In this document: positions 26,102 to 35,541 of the stretch, one piece after another
How positions within the stretch are numbered: position 1 is the stretch's first letter
Layout: every line of letters begins with the position of its first letter
Source of the DNA: Isosphaeraceae bacterium
GTDB taxonomy: Bacteria > Planctomycetota > Planctomycetia > Isosphaerales > Isosphaeraceae
Direction of reading: 5' to 3'
Length of the DNA stretch: 64,000 bases
NCBI GenBank assembly: GCA_965279195.1
Contig: CBDIHP010000042.1
Span: 172,317-236,316, forward strand
The notes under the pieces: generated by a model
What the model was told of the DNA's origin: nothing
What the model saw: the letters and a program-made list of their open reading frames with translations, nothing else
The model's database searches: none
Program-made: the position numbers and the translations under genes

Positions 26102-27622
26102 TCACTCGCCCGAGGGTTTCGCCTCGGAAGGCGTATCGGCCGGGATCGCCCCGCCCTGGAGCAGGTCGGTGAGGATCGCCCCGATGTTGGCCGAGGGCAC
26201 CCGCCACTGGCGGCAGGTGTCGCGGTCGCGGATCGTGACCGAGCCGTCGGTCAGGGTCTGGCTGTCGACCGTGATCCCGAACGGCGTCCCCGCCTCGTCC
26301 TGCCGGCGGTAGCGGCGGCCGATGGCCCCCTTCTCGTCGAAGAAGACGTTGTAGGTCTTCTTGAGGTCCCTGTAGATCTTTTCCGCCAGCTCCGGCATGC
26401 CGTCGCGCTTGACCAGCGGGAAGACGGCGGCCTTGATCGGGGCGAGCCTCGGGTGGAACTTCAGGACCGTCCGGGTCTCGCCCGCGACCTCGTCCTCCTG
26501 GTAGGCCTCGCAGAGGAACGCCAGGGTGCCGCGGTCCGCGCCGGCGGAGGGCTCGATGACGTGGGGGATGAACCTCTCCTTCTTCTCCTCGTCGAAGTAG
26601 GAGAGATCCTTGCCGCTGAACGTCTGGTGCTGGGTGAGGTCGTAGTTGCCGCGGTGGGCGATGCCCTCCAGCTCGCTGACGCCGAACGGGAACTCGTACT
26701 CGATGTCGGCCGTGGCGGTCGAGTAGAACGCCAGCTCATCGGGGTCGTGGTCGCGGAGCCGGAGCTTCGAGCTGGCGAGGCCGAGGTTCGTGTACCACTT
26801 GAACCGGGCGTCCCGCCAGTAGGCGTACCACTCCTTCGCTTCATCGGGCCGGCAGAAGAACTCGATCTCCATCTGCTCGAACTCGCGGGAGCGGAAGATG
26901 AAGTTCCTCGGCGTGATCTCGTTGCGGAAGCTCTTGCCGATCTGTGCGATCCCGAATGGGACCTTGACGCGGCCGGTGTCCACCACGTTCTTGAAGTTGG
27001 CGAAGATCCCCTGCGCCGTCTCGGGCCGGAGGTAGGCCACGCTGGACGCCTCTTCCAGCGCCCCGACGTTCGTCTTGAACATCAGGTTGAACTGGCGGGG
27101 CTCGGTCAGGCTGCCGACCTCGTTGCAGGCCGGGCATTCGAACTTGGCGCGGGCCTCGGGCGAGAGGGCGTTGAACGAGGTGAACCGCTCGGTCAGCGGG
27201 GCCGCCAGCACGCTGCGGGTCTTGTCGAGCTTCTTCTTGTGTTTTTCGCTGATCTCTTCGAGGCTGCCGACGCCGGAAAACGTGGCGACCTTGCCGTCGG
27301 AGCTTGCGACCTCCAGCAGGTTGAGCTGGTCGGCTCGGAAACGAGATTTGCAGTTCTTGCAGTCGACCATCGGGTCGGAGAACCCGCCGACGTGGCCGGA
27401 GGCCTCCCAGACGCGCGGGTGCATGATGATCGAGCAGTCGAGGCCGACTACGTCATCGCGGGAGCGGACGATGTCGTTCCACCAGGCGTCCTTGATGTTC
27501 CGCTTGAGTTCGACGCCGAGGGGACCGTAGTCCCAGAAGCCGTTGATGCCGCCGTAGATCTCGCTCGAAGGGAAGATGATTCCGCGACGCTTGCACAACG
27601 AGACCAGCTTGTCCATGTCCAT
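26102..27622 (-). CDS. glyQS: Glycine--tRNA ligase (class II, alpha2 dimeric type).
   Basis: MDMDKLVSLCKRRGIIFPSSEIYGGINGFWDYGPLGVELKRNIKDAWW... and FRNEITPRNFIFRSREFEQMEIEFF match glycyl-tRNA synthetase along the full length (506 aa). Confidence 0.9.
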   Translation of the reverse strand: MDMDKLVSLCKRRGIIFPSSEIYGGINGFWDYGPLGVELKRNIKDAWWNDIVRSRDDVVGLDCSIIMHPRVWEASGHVGGFSDPMVDCKNCKSRFRADQLNLLEVASSDGKVATFSGVGSLEEISEKHKKKLDKTRSVLAAPLTERFTSFNALSPEARAKFECPACNEVGSLTEPRQFNLMFKTNVGALEEASSVAYLRPETAQGIFANFKNVVDTGRVKVPFGIAQIGKSFRNEITPRNFIFRSREFEQMEIEFFCRPDEAKEWYAYWRDARFKWYTNLGLASSKLRLRDHDPDELAFYSTATADIEYEFPFGVSELEGIAHRGNYDLTQHQTFSGKDLSYFDEEKKERFIPHVIEPSAGADRGTLAFLCEAYQEDEVAGETRTVLKFHPRLAPIKAAVFPLVKRDGMPELAEKIYRDLKKTYNVFFDEKGAIGRRYRRQDEAGTPFGITVDSQTLTDGSVTIRDRDTCRQWRVPSANIGAILTDLLQGGAIPADTPSEAKPSGE

Positions 27623-27721
27623 CGAACGAGTCCTTGCGATGTTTGGGCATGACCTTGGCAGGGCCCACCCGGGGAAGCAACGGGGCGAAAAGTGAGTCAG
27701 AGTGGATGAGTGGGAAGGCGA

Positions 27722-28501
27722 TCAGCCGCGTCCGGCGACCACCAGACGCAGGGGGTCGCGGCGGAGTTCGACGGCGATCGGGAAACGGTCCTCGACCCGG
27801 CAGTCCTTGATGTCTTCGAGGAAGCCGAGCTCGACGAGGTTCCAGCCCCCCTGCCCCTCGGCGAGGACCAGGGTCGCTCCATTGGACGCGAGTTCCCGGG
27901 CCATGGCGGCGGTCTGGACGTCGTCGGCGATCCGCGCGGCGTCGTTCATGGGGGCGTCGGGGTGCTGGGTGCGGATCAGGTCGACGATCCGGCCTGCGAC
28001 GAGGGTGTCCTCGAAGCTGACCTCGCCGTCGGTCCCGGCGCAGACGATGTGCACCACCCGCTTCGGGGCCTTATTGAGGAGGTCGGCGATCCGCTTCACG
28101 GTCGCGGTCAGGTTGACGAATCCGGCGACCAGGACGTGGCTTGCGCCGACGGCCGCTATGAGGGCCCGGGTGCCGTTGGTGGTGGTGATGATCAGCGCCT
28201 TGCCCTGGCACTTCGCCGGGGTGCAGGATCGGGGCGAATTGCCGAGGTCGAACCCCTCGATCGGCACGCCCTTCCGTTCGCCGGCGAGCAAGGCCGTGCC
28301 CTCGGGCAGCGACGCGGCCAGGGACCGGGCGTCGTCGATCTCCAGGCAGGGGAAGACCTCGCGGCAGCCGGCGGCGAGGGCGTGGGTCATCATCGTCGTC
28401 GCGCGGAGGACGTCGATGACGACGGCGACGCCGCCGTCGAGGGCCCCGGCGGGGATCAGGGCGGGGAGCAGGTGCACGCAGATCGACGGGGCGTCGGGCA
28501 T
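27722..28501 (-). CDS. comB: 2-phosphosulfolactate phosphatase (ComB) family protein.
   Basis: VVIDVLRATTMMTHALAAG... and overall length/composition match PF04029. The symbol is by family only. Confidence 0.6.
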   Translation of the reverse strand: MPDAPSICVHLLPALIPAGALDGGVAVVIDVLRATTMMTHALAAGCREVFPCLEIDDARSLAASLPEGTALLAGERKGVPIEGFDLGNSPRSCTPAKCQGKALIITTTNGTRALIAAVGASHVLVAGFVNLTATVKRIADLLNKAPKRVVHIVCAGTDGEVSFEDTLVAGRIVDLIRTQHPDAPMNDAARIADDVQTAAMARELASNGATLVLAEGQGGWNLVELGFLEDIKDCRVEDRFPIAVELRRDPLRLVVAGRG

Positions 28502-28781
28502 GGAAATTCGGGGTCCCGGGGACGGCTGGCCGGGTCGTCCCCGGTTCGGTTCGAAGGCGAGATTATGTCAAAAGATCGGCGATTTGAGGAGTCCCCAGGC
28601 GAGGCACCGTCGGGTCGCAATTGCGAAGACCCCCCGGTACGGAATTGTTGCGATTCCTCTTCCACAACCCGGGGGTTCGTAGTAACGTCCCCCCCAGCAC
28701 CCCGGATTGGCACCTGGAGCGGACGGGCCTGCATGGATGCGAGCCGGTCCCGGATGTCGTGTGCGATTGGGGAGGCTGAGG

Positions 28782-29627
28782 ATGGCTGAGCCGAAGGGGG
28801 TCACGATCCCGATCTCGGTACCGAGACGGCTCATTATCGACCTGCTCCATTTTTCGAGGCAAATCCCGACCCTGCCGCTCTGTCGGCGGATCAACGTCGG
28901 GGCGCTCGAAGACTACCGCAAGGCCCACCCCTCCCGACCGTCGTGGTCCTTGCTGTTCATGAAGGCCTACGCGCTCGTGATGCTGGAGAACCCGCCGCTG
29001 CGGCGCTCCTGGCTCGCCTGCCCCTGGCCCCGGCTGTACGAGCACCCCCGCAGCCACTGTGCCCTGGCCATCGAGCGCAGCATCGCCGGGGAGGACGGCG
29101 TCTTCTTCGGCCTCTTCCGGGCGCCCGAGTCGCAATCGATCTCGGAACTCCAGAAGGCGCTCAACCGGTTCAAGAGCCAGCCGCTCGACGAGGTCGGGTT
29201 TTTCCGGCGGGCCCTGCGGATCAGCCGCCTGCCGCTGACGATCCGCCGCTTCCTCTGGTGGACCAGCCTGAACCTCAGCGGCCCCGCGCGGGCGAAGCGG
29301 TTCGGGACCTTCGGCCTGACCGCCCTCGGCGGCCTCGGCGCCGAGTCGATCCACCCGCTCTCCCCGCTGACGACCACCTTGACCTTCGGCCCGATCGACG
29401 CCGAGGGGTGGGTCAACGTCAAGCTCGTCTACGACCATCGCATCCTGGACGGGGCCTACATCGCTCGCCGCCTGGCCGACCTCGAAGCCAGGCTGAACAC
29501 CGTCATCCTCGACGAACTCAAGCTCGCCCAGGGGCTCCGGGTCGATGAGCCCGGCAAGGAAACCGGGCCCCACCTGGGGACGGCCCGACCCGGCGGGGTC
29601 GAGGTTCCCGAATCCGGCCGGGCCTGA
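28782..29627 (+). CDS. 2-oxoacid dehydrogenase acyltransferase catalytic-domain-like (CAT-like) protein.
   Basis: VYDHRILDGAYIARRLADLE carries the DHRxxDG catalytic motif of E2/CAT-fold acyltransferases. A GGAGG RBS lies 6 nt upstream of the ATG at 28782. Confidence 0.5.
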   Translation: MAEPKGVTIPISVPRRLIIDLLHFSRQIPTLPLCRRINVGALEDYRKAHPSRPSWSLLFMKAYALVMLENPPLRRSWLACPWPRLYEHPRSHCALAIERSIAGEDGVFFGLFRAPESQSISELQKALNRFKSQPLDEVGFFRRALRISRLPLTIRRFLWWTSLNLSGPARAKRFGTFGLTALGGLGAESIHPLSPLTTTLTFGPIDAEGWVNVKLVYDHRILDGAYIARRLADLEARLNTVILDELKLAQGLRVDEPGKETGPHLGTARPGGVEVPESGRA

Positions 29628-29661
29628 TCCGAGAACGAGGGAACGAAGCCAAACCCCGGAA

Positions 29662-29705
29662 ACACGCCGGCCACGGTCGGGATCGTTCGATCCCGACCGT
29701 GGCCG
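29662..29705. terminator. Perfect 19-bp stem hairpin between convergent genes; likely a bidirectional terminator.
   Basis: CCGGCCACGGTCGGGATCG-tt-CGATCCCGACCGTGGCCGG. Confidence 0.5.
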
Positions 29706-29737
29706 GTTGACTTCCACCCGCGATGGAGCGGCCTGGA

Positions 29738-30502
29738 TCAATTCTCGCCGACTTCCTGGTCGGTCGTGACCCGGACTTCCAGCCGGCTCATCATCTTCTT
29801 GAGCGCCTCTTCCTTGGTGTTGATCTGCAGGACGTTGTCCAGCACGATTGCCTGGCGCTCGTCGGTGACGTGGAGGACGAGCCGGCCGGCTCCGAGCAGG
29901 AAGTGCTCGAAGATGTCCGGGATCTCCTTGTCGAACTTCAGGTTCATGGTCGGGAACCGCTCGAGGTCGCTCCACGGGCCGTGGTGGTGGAGGATCTCGT
30001 TGGGCATGATCTCCCAGTAGTCGAGATACCGGGTCACGTAGATCACCCCGTATGTCACGACCAGGATAAATGTGAACAGCAAGTAGAATGAGGCCGTCGC
30101 CTCGGCATTCAGGGATGCGAAGAATTTGGCCAGGAACGACAACGGGTTGAACCCGAAGAATGCCGCCATCCACGCCAGGAGGAAGACGATCGTCGTCCCG
30201 AAGAGGACGCCCGCGACGACCGTGAAGCGCGGGAAGTCGATCGCCAGGATCAGCAGGTTGAAGAAGAAGACGCCGAGGAACAGGACGCCGAGGATGTTCG
30301 CCCTGGCGTGCGCGGTCGCGTATTCCGGGGTGCCGGCGGTTTTGGAGTCGACACCGATGAAATACATCCCGAACGCCGCGACGATCGCCATGACGAAGCT
30401 CGGGAAGAGGAAGATGATCTTCGGGTACATGAAGATCCGCACCCCCTTTTCACGATGCGCAGCGGGGGACGCACTCGCTGACAACTTCGGATCGGTAGCC
30501 AT
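29738..30502 (-). CDS. Hypothetical polytopic membrane protein.
   Basis: From the internal start MATDPKLSASASPAAHREKGVRIFMYPKIIFLFPSFVMAIVAAFGMYFIGV... there are four predicted TM helices and a soluble C-terminal domain. The region upstream of this start in ORF 29738..30892 looks non-coding. Confidence 0.5.
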   Translation of the reverse strand: MATDPKLSASASPAAHREKGVRIFMYPKIIFLFPSFVMAIVAAFGMYFIGVDSKTAGTPEYATAHARANILGVLFLGVFFFNLLILAIDFPRFTVVAGVLFGTTIVFLLAWMAAFFGFNPLSFLAKFFASLNAEATASFYLLFTFILVVTYGVIYVTRYLDYWEIMPNEILHHHGPWSDLERFPTMNLKFDKEIPDIFEHFLLGAGRLVLHVTDERQAIVLDNVLQINTKEEALKKMMSRLEVRVTTDQEVGEN

Positions 30503-30986
30503 GCAGGCCGACTCCTCGACGGAAGGGGGCTCAGGTTCGATCGGCGAGATCCAGACGTGTCCGCCGGCGGCGGCCGGATCTCGGTCGGACCCAACCACAT
30601 TTCCAGTGGTTGAATGGGCAAAATCGTAACGAGACGCCGAAGCGGGGTAAAGTCCCCAGACCAGAGGAGATGGGGGATGCGCCCCGGCACGGGAAGGTGT
30701 TCGAACGCCGGGCCTCGCCATTGCGTAAAATGCCGTACCCGCGCGAACTTCCCGGCGCCTCGGCGGGTCTCCCCATGCACAGAACGCGAGGAGACGCCAA
30801 CCGCTCCTCCAGCTGGCGTGCCGCGGGTGAGCACCCGGCGACTTCAAGCCGGGTCGGAGGGCGACGGCCCCCGGGCATGGTTTCTCAAGCAAGCGTCCGG
30901 AGCCGTCGGGCCCGCGGCGCGGCGGCCTCGCTCGTCGATCGGCCCGCCGTGTCCCGTGCAGGGATTGAAGACCGGGGCGGCTCCGG

Positions 30987-31060
30987 TTCGTGGTAGCTCA
31001 ATCGGATAGAGCATCGGATGTAGAGTCCGAGAGTAGCAGGTTCGAATCCTGCCCACGTTA
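30987..31060 (+). ncRNA. tRNA-like sequence, 74 nt, with non-canonical features (a possible pseudo-tRNA or degenerate tRNA).
   Basis: It folds to tRNA geometry: 8-9 TA, D-arm GCTC-aatcggata-GAGC, anticodon stem TCGGA/TCCGA, canonical T-arm GCAGG-TTCGAAT-CCTGC, acceptor 3' strand CCACGTT. Position 33 is G, not U (loop TGTAGAG). Acceptor pairs 1-72 and 2-71 are T-T mismatches. Confidence 0.4.
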
Positions 31061-31387
31061 CACGCGTCGGCTGTCAACCGACACGGGGGTGTCTCACACA
31101 CACTCCACCATCTTCAGGCCCGAGAGGGATGTCCCGCGAATCGCCACACCGTGCCAGGAATCTCGATTCCCGGCCCGGGAAACCAGACAACGAGGCCCTG
31201 TAGTCGGTCGCGAACGGTCAACAACGCCCGGGAATCCCGAGGCGGACGCCGATGCCATCCCCCCTGGCCCGGCCGACGCCTCCCGGTGAACCGGGCCGGT
31301 TCGTCCGCTCAACCCGGCTCCGCGCTCGAAAACTGGGGCGGCACGCGGTGACGTCCCTCGAAGGTCTTTCTCTTTTGATGTGTCCTC

Positions 31388-32554
31388 TTGTTTCGATCTG
31401 TCCCGATAGAGCCCGACGGGGCCTCGCCCCGGGCGGGAGGTGTGACCGTGTCCCTGCTCAAGCGTATCCAGATCCGATCTTACGAGGTCGGCCTCCAGTT
31501 CCAGGATGGCGAGTTTCTCGGCCTGCTCGGGCCCGGCACCCACTGGGTGTTCGACCCGTTTCGCCGGAAGTCCGTGGACGTCGTCTCGCGGCGCGCACCG
31601 CGATTGCTCCACGAGAAGCTCGACCTGATCGCAGCGTCCGGCGTTCTCAAGTCCGAGGCGACCGTGGTCGACCTCAAGGACGACCGCCGCGCCCTGGTCT
31701 GGATCGACGGCCGGTTCGCGACCGTGCTGGGGCCGGGCCTGCACGCCTTCTGGAACGGGTCCAAGGAGGTCCGCGTCGAGCTGGTGAACGCCGGCAAGGT
31801 GCGGTTCGAGCACGAGGATCTCAAGGTCATCGCCCGCGCGTCCGGCTCGAACATGCTCCTCGACGTCTGCAACGTCAAGCGCGACGGCGCGGGCGTGGTC
31901 TACATCGACGGCCGCTACGTCGAGACCGTCGGGCCGGGCCTGCACGCCTTCTGGCGGGGTGCGTCGGACGCGACCGTCGTCGAGGTGGACCTCCGTGAGA
32001 CGACCCTGGAAGTCGGCGGGCAGGACATCATGACGGCGGACAAGGTCACGCTGCGCGTCAACGCGCTCGTCACCTACCGCGTCATCGACCCCCGCCGGGC
32101 CGTCTCGACGACCGAGGACCTCAAGCAGTCGCTCTACCGCGAGGCCCAGCTCGCCATCCGCGCGGTGGTCGGGGCCCGGGAGCTGGACGTCCTGCTCAAC
32201 GAGAAGGACACCATCGCCTCCGAGGTCGCCGAGATCCTCCGGCGCCGGCAGGAGGAGCTGGGCGTCGAGATCCTCACGACCGGCCTGCGGGACGTGATCC
32301 TGCCCGGCGACATGAAGGAGCTGATGAACAAGGTCATCGAGGCCCGCAAGGCCGCCGAGGCCAACCTCGTCACCCGCCGCGAGGAGACCGCCGCCCTGCG
32401 GAGCCAGGCGAACACCGCGAAGCTCCTTGCCGACAACCCCGTCCTCATGCGGCTCCGCGAGCTGGAAGTCCTGGAGAAGGTCGCCGGAGGCGGCAAACTC
32501 AACGTCGTCCTCGGCGAGAAGGGCCTCGCCGATCGCATCGTGAACCTGATCTAG
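31388..32554 (+). CDS. SPFH/band-7 (stomatin/flotillin-like) domain protein.
   Basis: SPFH-like core: DKVTLRVNALVTYRVIDPRRAVSTTEDLKQSLYREAQLAIRAVVGARELDVLLNEKDTIASEV. C-terminal coiled coil: ARKAAEANLVTRREETAALRSQANTAKLLA. The exact start is uncertain; it may be a GTG near 31445. Confidence 0.7.
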   Translation: MFRSVPIEPDGASPRAGGVTVSLLKRIQIRSYEVGLQFQDGEFLGLLGPGTHWVFDPFRRKSVDVVSRRAPRLLHEKLDLIAASGVLKSEATVVDLKDDRRALVWIDGRFATVLGPGLHAFWNGSKEVRVELVNAGKVRFEHEDLKVIARASGSNMLLDVCNVKRDGAGVVYIDGRYVETVGPGLHAFWRGASDATVVEVDLRETTLEVGGQDIMTADKVTLRVNALVTYRVIDPRRAVSTTEDLKQSLYREAQLAIRAVVGARELDVLLNEKDTIASEVAEILRRRQEELGVEILTTGLRDVILPGDMKELMNKVIEARKAAEANLVTRREETAALRSQANTAKLLADNPVLMRLRELEVLEKVAGGGKLNVVLGEKGLADRIVNLI

Positions 32555-32557
32555 TCG

Positions 32558-32681
32558 GGTGGGCACCGCCCACCGCAACAGACGCCCGCATGAACATGCC
32601 AAGGAGCATGTTCATGCGGGCGTGTTGCTTGGGTTTGATGCGTCACGGAACGGCCGATGTTGCGGTGGGCCGTGCCCAACC
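32558..32681. terminator. Nested palindromic structure between convergent genes: an inner 15-bp-stem hairpin flanked by ~21-bp imperfect outer inverted repeats.
   Basis: Inner: CCCGCATGAACATGC-caaggag-GCATGTTCATGCGGG (32585-32620). Outer: GTGGGCACCGCCCACCGCAAC ... GTTGCGGTGGGCCGTGCCCAAC. Confidence 0.5.
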
Positions 32682-33910
32682 TACCGGGGCCCAATGACCA
32701 TGATGCCGTGGATGCCGGGCTTGTCCTTCTGGGCGTCGTAGTCGAATTGGGGGCGGATCGGGACGTAAAGGCGTTTGCCGTCGGTGATCGGGGCCTCGAC
32801 CTGCTCGCCATCGTTCCGGGGGCGGTATCGCCACCGGAGGCGGCCGTCGCTGCGGTTGAGGGCGTAGAGGTAGCCGTCATCGGAGCCGAAGTAAACGGCC
32901 GTCGCGTCGACGATCGGGGCTCCGCTGAGGAAATAATGCTTGTTGTCGGGGCGGCGTGGGGTCTCGTATTCCCAGATTTGCTTGCCTGTTTTCGCGTCGA
33001 TCCGGTAGCAGAAACCGTCGCTAGCCGCGCCGAAGATCGAGCCGTCTATGTAGGCGAGGTCGCCGTCGGCCCGCCAGCGGGTCTTGAAGCTCCAGGCGGG
33101 TTTGCCCGTGGCGACGTCGATGGCGTGGATCGAGCGATCCTGGCTGCCGACGAAGACCTTCCCGTCGGCCACGGTCGTCCCCGAACCGATCCACCCTTTC
33201 GTCTGGTAAGACCAGACCGTCTTGCCGGTCGCGAGGTCGAGGGCGATGACCCGGCACTGGTCGAAGATCGGCAGGTAGGCTCGCGTGCCGTCGCTGGAGG
33301 CCGAGCCCGGCCTGGCGCGGTTCTGTCCGATCCGGGCCTTGGCGCCGTCGAAGCCTTTCGGGTCGGGAGGCGCGTCCTTGACGATGTCGACCTTCCAGAG
33401 TTCCTTCCCCGACTTCGCATCCAACGCATAGGCGAATCCGTCGTCGCCCCCGACGATCAGCTTGCCCGCAACCACGAGGGGCGTGCCCCCGGCCCCTCCG
33501 TCGATCGTGAAACTCCAGGCATCCTTGCCGTCCTCGGCGCGACAGGCGGTCACGCCTCGATTGGAGGCAAGGTAAACCAGCCCGTCGACGACCGTCGGGG
33601 CCATGTAAACATCCCAGTCCGGGACCTCCTTGATCCAGATCTCCACGCCGTCACTGAGTCGGAAGGCCGCGACCGCCCCCTGGCGATTCCCCGCGATCAG
33701 GCGGTCTCCGGCGATGACGGCTTGCCCTGCACTCTTCTTGAGGTCGAGCCCCCACTCGGTGATCGGGGCGTCGGGGAGTTTCGCGTCGGGATAGGCACCG
33801 GCCCGCGCGGGCCCGCCCCGGGCGTGGCCGTCGTCGGCCGGTGAGGGCGACGGCCACGCGATCGCGAGTGCAGCCACGATGTAGATCTTCAGGGGGGGAT
33901 GAAGAGGCAT
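32681..33910 (-). CDS. Secreted PQQ-like beta-propeller repeat protein (BamB-like fold).
   Basis: Internal start MPLHPPLKIYIVAALAIAWPSPSPADDG is a signal peptide. Repeats: GKELWKVDI, GKTVWSYQTKGWIGSGTTVADGKVFVGSQDRSIHAIDVATGKPAWSF, GKQIWEYE, DGRLRWRY. Confidence 0.7.
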   Translation of the reverse strand: MPLHPPLKIYIVAALAIAWPSPSPADDGHARGGPARAGAYPDAKLPDAPITEWGLDLKKSAGQAVIAGDRLIAGNRQGAVAAFRLSDGVEIWIKEVPDWDVYMAPTVVDGLVYLASNRGVTACRAEDGKDAWSFTIDGGAGGTPLVVAGKLIVGGDDGFAYALDAKSGKELWKVDIVKDAPPDPKGFDGAKARIGQNRARPGSASSDGTRAYLPIFDQCRVIALDLATGKTVWSYQTKGWIGSGTTVADGKVFVGSQDRSIHAIDVATGKPAWSFKTRWRADGDLAYIDGSIFGAASDGFCYRIDAKTGKQIWEYETPRRPDNKHYFLSGAPIVDATAVYFGSDDGYLYALNRSDGRLRWRYRPRNDGEQVEAPITDGKRLYVPIRPQFDYDAQKDKPGIHGIMVIGPR

Positions 33911-33989
33911 CTCGTCCTCCGTAGGGTCCGCTATTGCAGGCCAAATTTGCATTGGTTCACATGAGCGAATCGGTCCGAAGTAGCGGACC

Positions 33990-35270
33990 CTACCTGGCCA
34001 ATCCGACGACGGCACTGGTCATGGCGCGGATGCCGTTGCGGATGCTGGGCTCGGCGTCGGGGTAGTAGAAGGGGGAGTGGAGCGAGGGCATGCCCTCGCC
34101 GGCGGCCTTGGCCTTGTCGAGGCGTTCCGGGGCGATGGTGCCGAGGCGGAACATGAAGATCGGGACGCCCCCCTGCTCGAACAGGCCGAAGTCCTCGGCC
34201 CCCATCGTGGGCTCGACCTCGACGAGATTCGCTTCGCCGAGAGCCTTCTTGAGGATCGGGACGACCTTCGCGACCAGGCCCGGGTTGTTGATCGTCGGCG
34301 GGGTGCCGTCGCTGATCGTGATCGTCGGCGCGGGGGCCTTGTGGGCGACGGCCAGGGCCTTCGCCCGGCGCTCGATGCCTTCCAGGAGCTGCGCCCGCAC
34401 GGGTTCCGAGAACGATCGCAGTGTGAGCTGCAACTGGACCCTGTCGGAGATGATGTTGTGCTTGGTCCCGCCGTGGATCGAGCCGACGGTCACCACCGCC
34501 GGGTGGATCGGGTTGACCTCGCGGGCGACGATGGTCTGGAGGTCGAGCACCAGGAGCGACGACAGCACGATCGGGTCGACCGTGTTGTGCGGCATCGCGC
34601 CGTGGCCCCCCTTGCCCCGGACGATCACGTCCACCGACGTCGAACTGGCCATCGCCGGGCCGGAGGTGTAGGCGATCTTGCCGACTTCCAGGTCGTGCGA
34701 GACGTGGAGCGCCAGGGCGTAATCCGGCCTGGGGAACCGGGTGTACAGCCCGTCGGCCAGCATCTCCTTGGCGCCGCCGATCTTCTCCTCGGCCGGCTGG
34801 CCGATCAGGACGACGGTCCCTTTCCACTGATCCTTGTGGGCCGAGAGCCAGCGGGCGACGCCGACGAGGCAGGTCATGTGGATGTCGTGCCCGCAGGCGT
34901 GCATCACGCCGACGGTCTTGCCCTCGTCGTCGACCGTCTGCACCTTGCTGGCGAAGGGCAACGGCGTGGCCTCGGTGACCGGCAACGCATCCAGATCCGA
35001 GCGGACGAGGATCGTCGGACCCTTGCCGTTCTTGATGACCCCGACCACCCCGAGCCTCCCGACCCCCGTCGTCACCTCCGCCCCGGCCTTCCTCAGCTCC
35101 TCGGCGATCGTCTTCGACGTCTCCTTCTCCTTGAATGATAGCTCCGGGTGCGTGTGCAGGTGCTTGTAGAGCCCGAGCAGCTCGGGCACCTGCGCATCGT
35201 ACCAGTCGTCGGCGAGGGAGACGCTGGGGACGAGAGCGATCGCGACAGCGAGGATCAACCGGCGGGTCAT
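33990..35270 (-). CDS. M20 family amidohydrolase/peptidase (hippurate-hydrolase-like M20D).
   Basis: Start MTRRLILAVAIALVPSVSLA is a signal peptide. Metal-binding motif VMHACGHDIHM, plus GGHGAMPHNTVDPI. Confidence 0.75.
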   Translation of the reverse strand: MTRRLILAVAIALVPSVSLADDWYDAQVPELLGLYKHLHTHPELSFKEKETSKTIAEELRKAGAEVTTGVGRLGVVGVIKNGKGPTILVRSDLDALPVTEATPLPFASKVQTVDDEGKTVGVMHACGHDIHMTCLVGVARWLSAHKDQWKGTVVLIGQPAEEKIGGAKEMLADGLYTRFPRPDYALALHVSHDLEVGKIAYTSGPAMASSTSVDVIVRGKGGHGAMPHNTVDPIVLSSLLVLDLQTIVAREVNPIHPAVVTVGSIHGGTKHNIISDRVQLQLTLRSFSEPVRAQLLEGIERRAKALAVAHKAPAPTITISDGTPPTINNPGLVAKVVPILKKALGEANLVEVEPTMGAEDFGLFEQGGVPIFMFRLGTIAPERLDKAKAAGEGMPSLHSPFYYPDAEPSIRNGIRAMTSAVVGLAR

Positions 35271-35330
35271 TCGGATACCTTCCCTTGTTCGAGCGATGAT
35301 GCGATTCTCACGCCGGGCGGGTCGGTCGAA

Positions 35331-35499
35331 TGCGCTGGGCGCGGGTCTCCAGACCCCGCCCCAACCGTCGATGCGCCGAACCAGCGAACCCGGTCTCCAG
35401 ACCGGTACCTTTTGCCTGGGAAGAAACGGGTCTGGGGACCCGGTTCGGTGGACTGCTTCGACGGATGCCAGAGCGGGGTCTGGAGACCCTCGCCCAGCG
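35331..35499. repeat. Large imperfect inverted repeat (~170 bp) with a recurring GGTCTCCAGACC / GGTCTGGAGACC core, in a divergent promoter region.
   Basis: Left arm GCGCTGGGCGCGGGTCTCCAGACCCCGCCCC...; right arm ...GGGGTCTGGAGACCCTCGCCCAGCGC is its near-exact reverse complement. Inner arms contain further CGGTCTCCAGACCGG / GGGTCTGGGGACCC copies. Mirrored peptides appear in antisense ORFs 35267..35545 and 35296... Confidence 0.6.
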
Positions 35500-35541
35500 C
35501 TCGCGATCGGCACTCAACACAGGTGCCGAGGTCGAGGCTCG

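Noticed and set aside
24706-26172. 488-aa + ORF over the isomerase and membrane-protein genes.
   Set aside because: Antisense to two genes with recognisable families. Its translation is Gly/Asp/Pro/Arg-rich with no motifs.
28563-30173. 536-aa minus-strand ORF spanning the acyltransferase-like and membrane-protein genes.
   Set aside because: Low-complexity translation that overlaps two better-supported genes on both strands. The perfect hairpin at 29662-29705 lies inside it, consistent with intergenic DNA.
30987-31060. Calling this a functional tRNA, for example tRNA-Leu(TAG).
   Set aside because: The loop has G33, the structure lacks the long variable arm expected for Leu, and two terminal acceptor pairs are mismatched. 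I keep it only as a tRNA-like or pseudo-tRNA feature.
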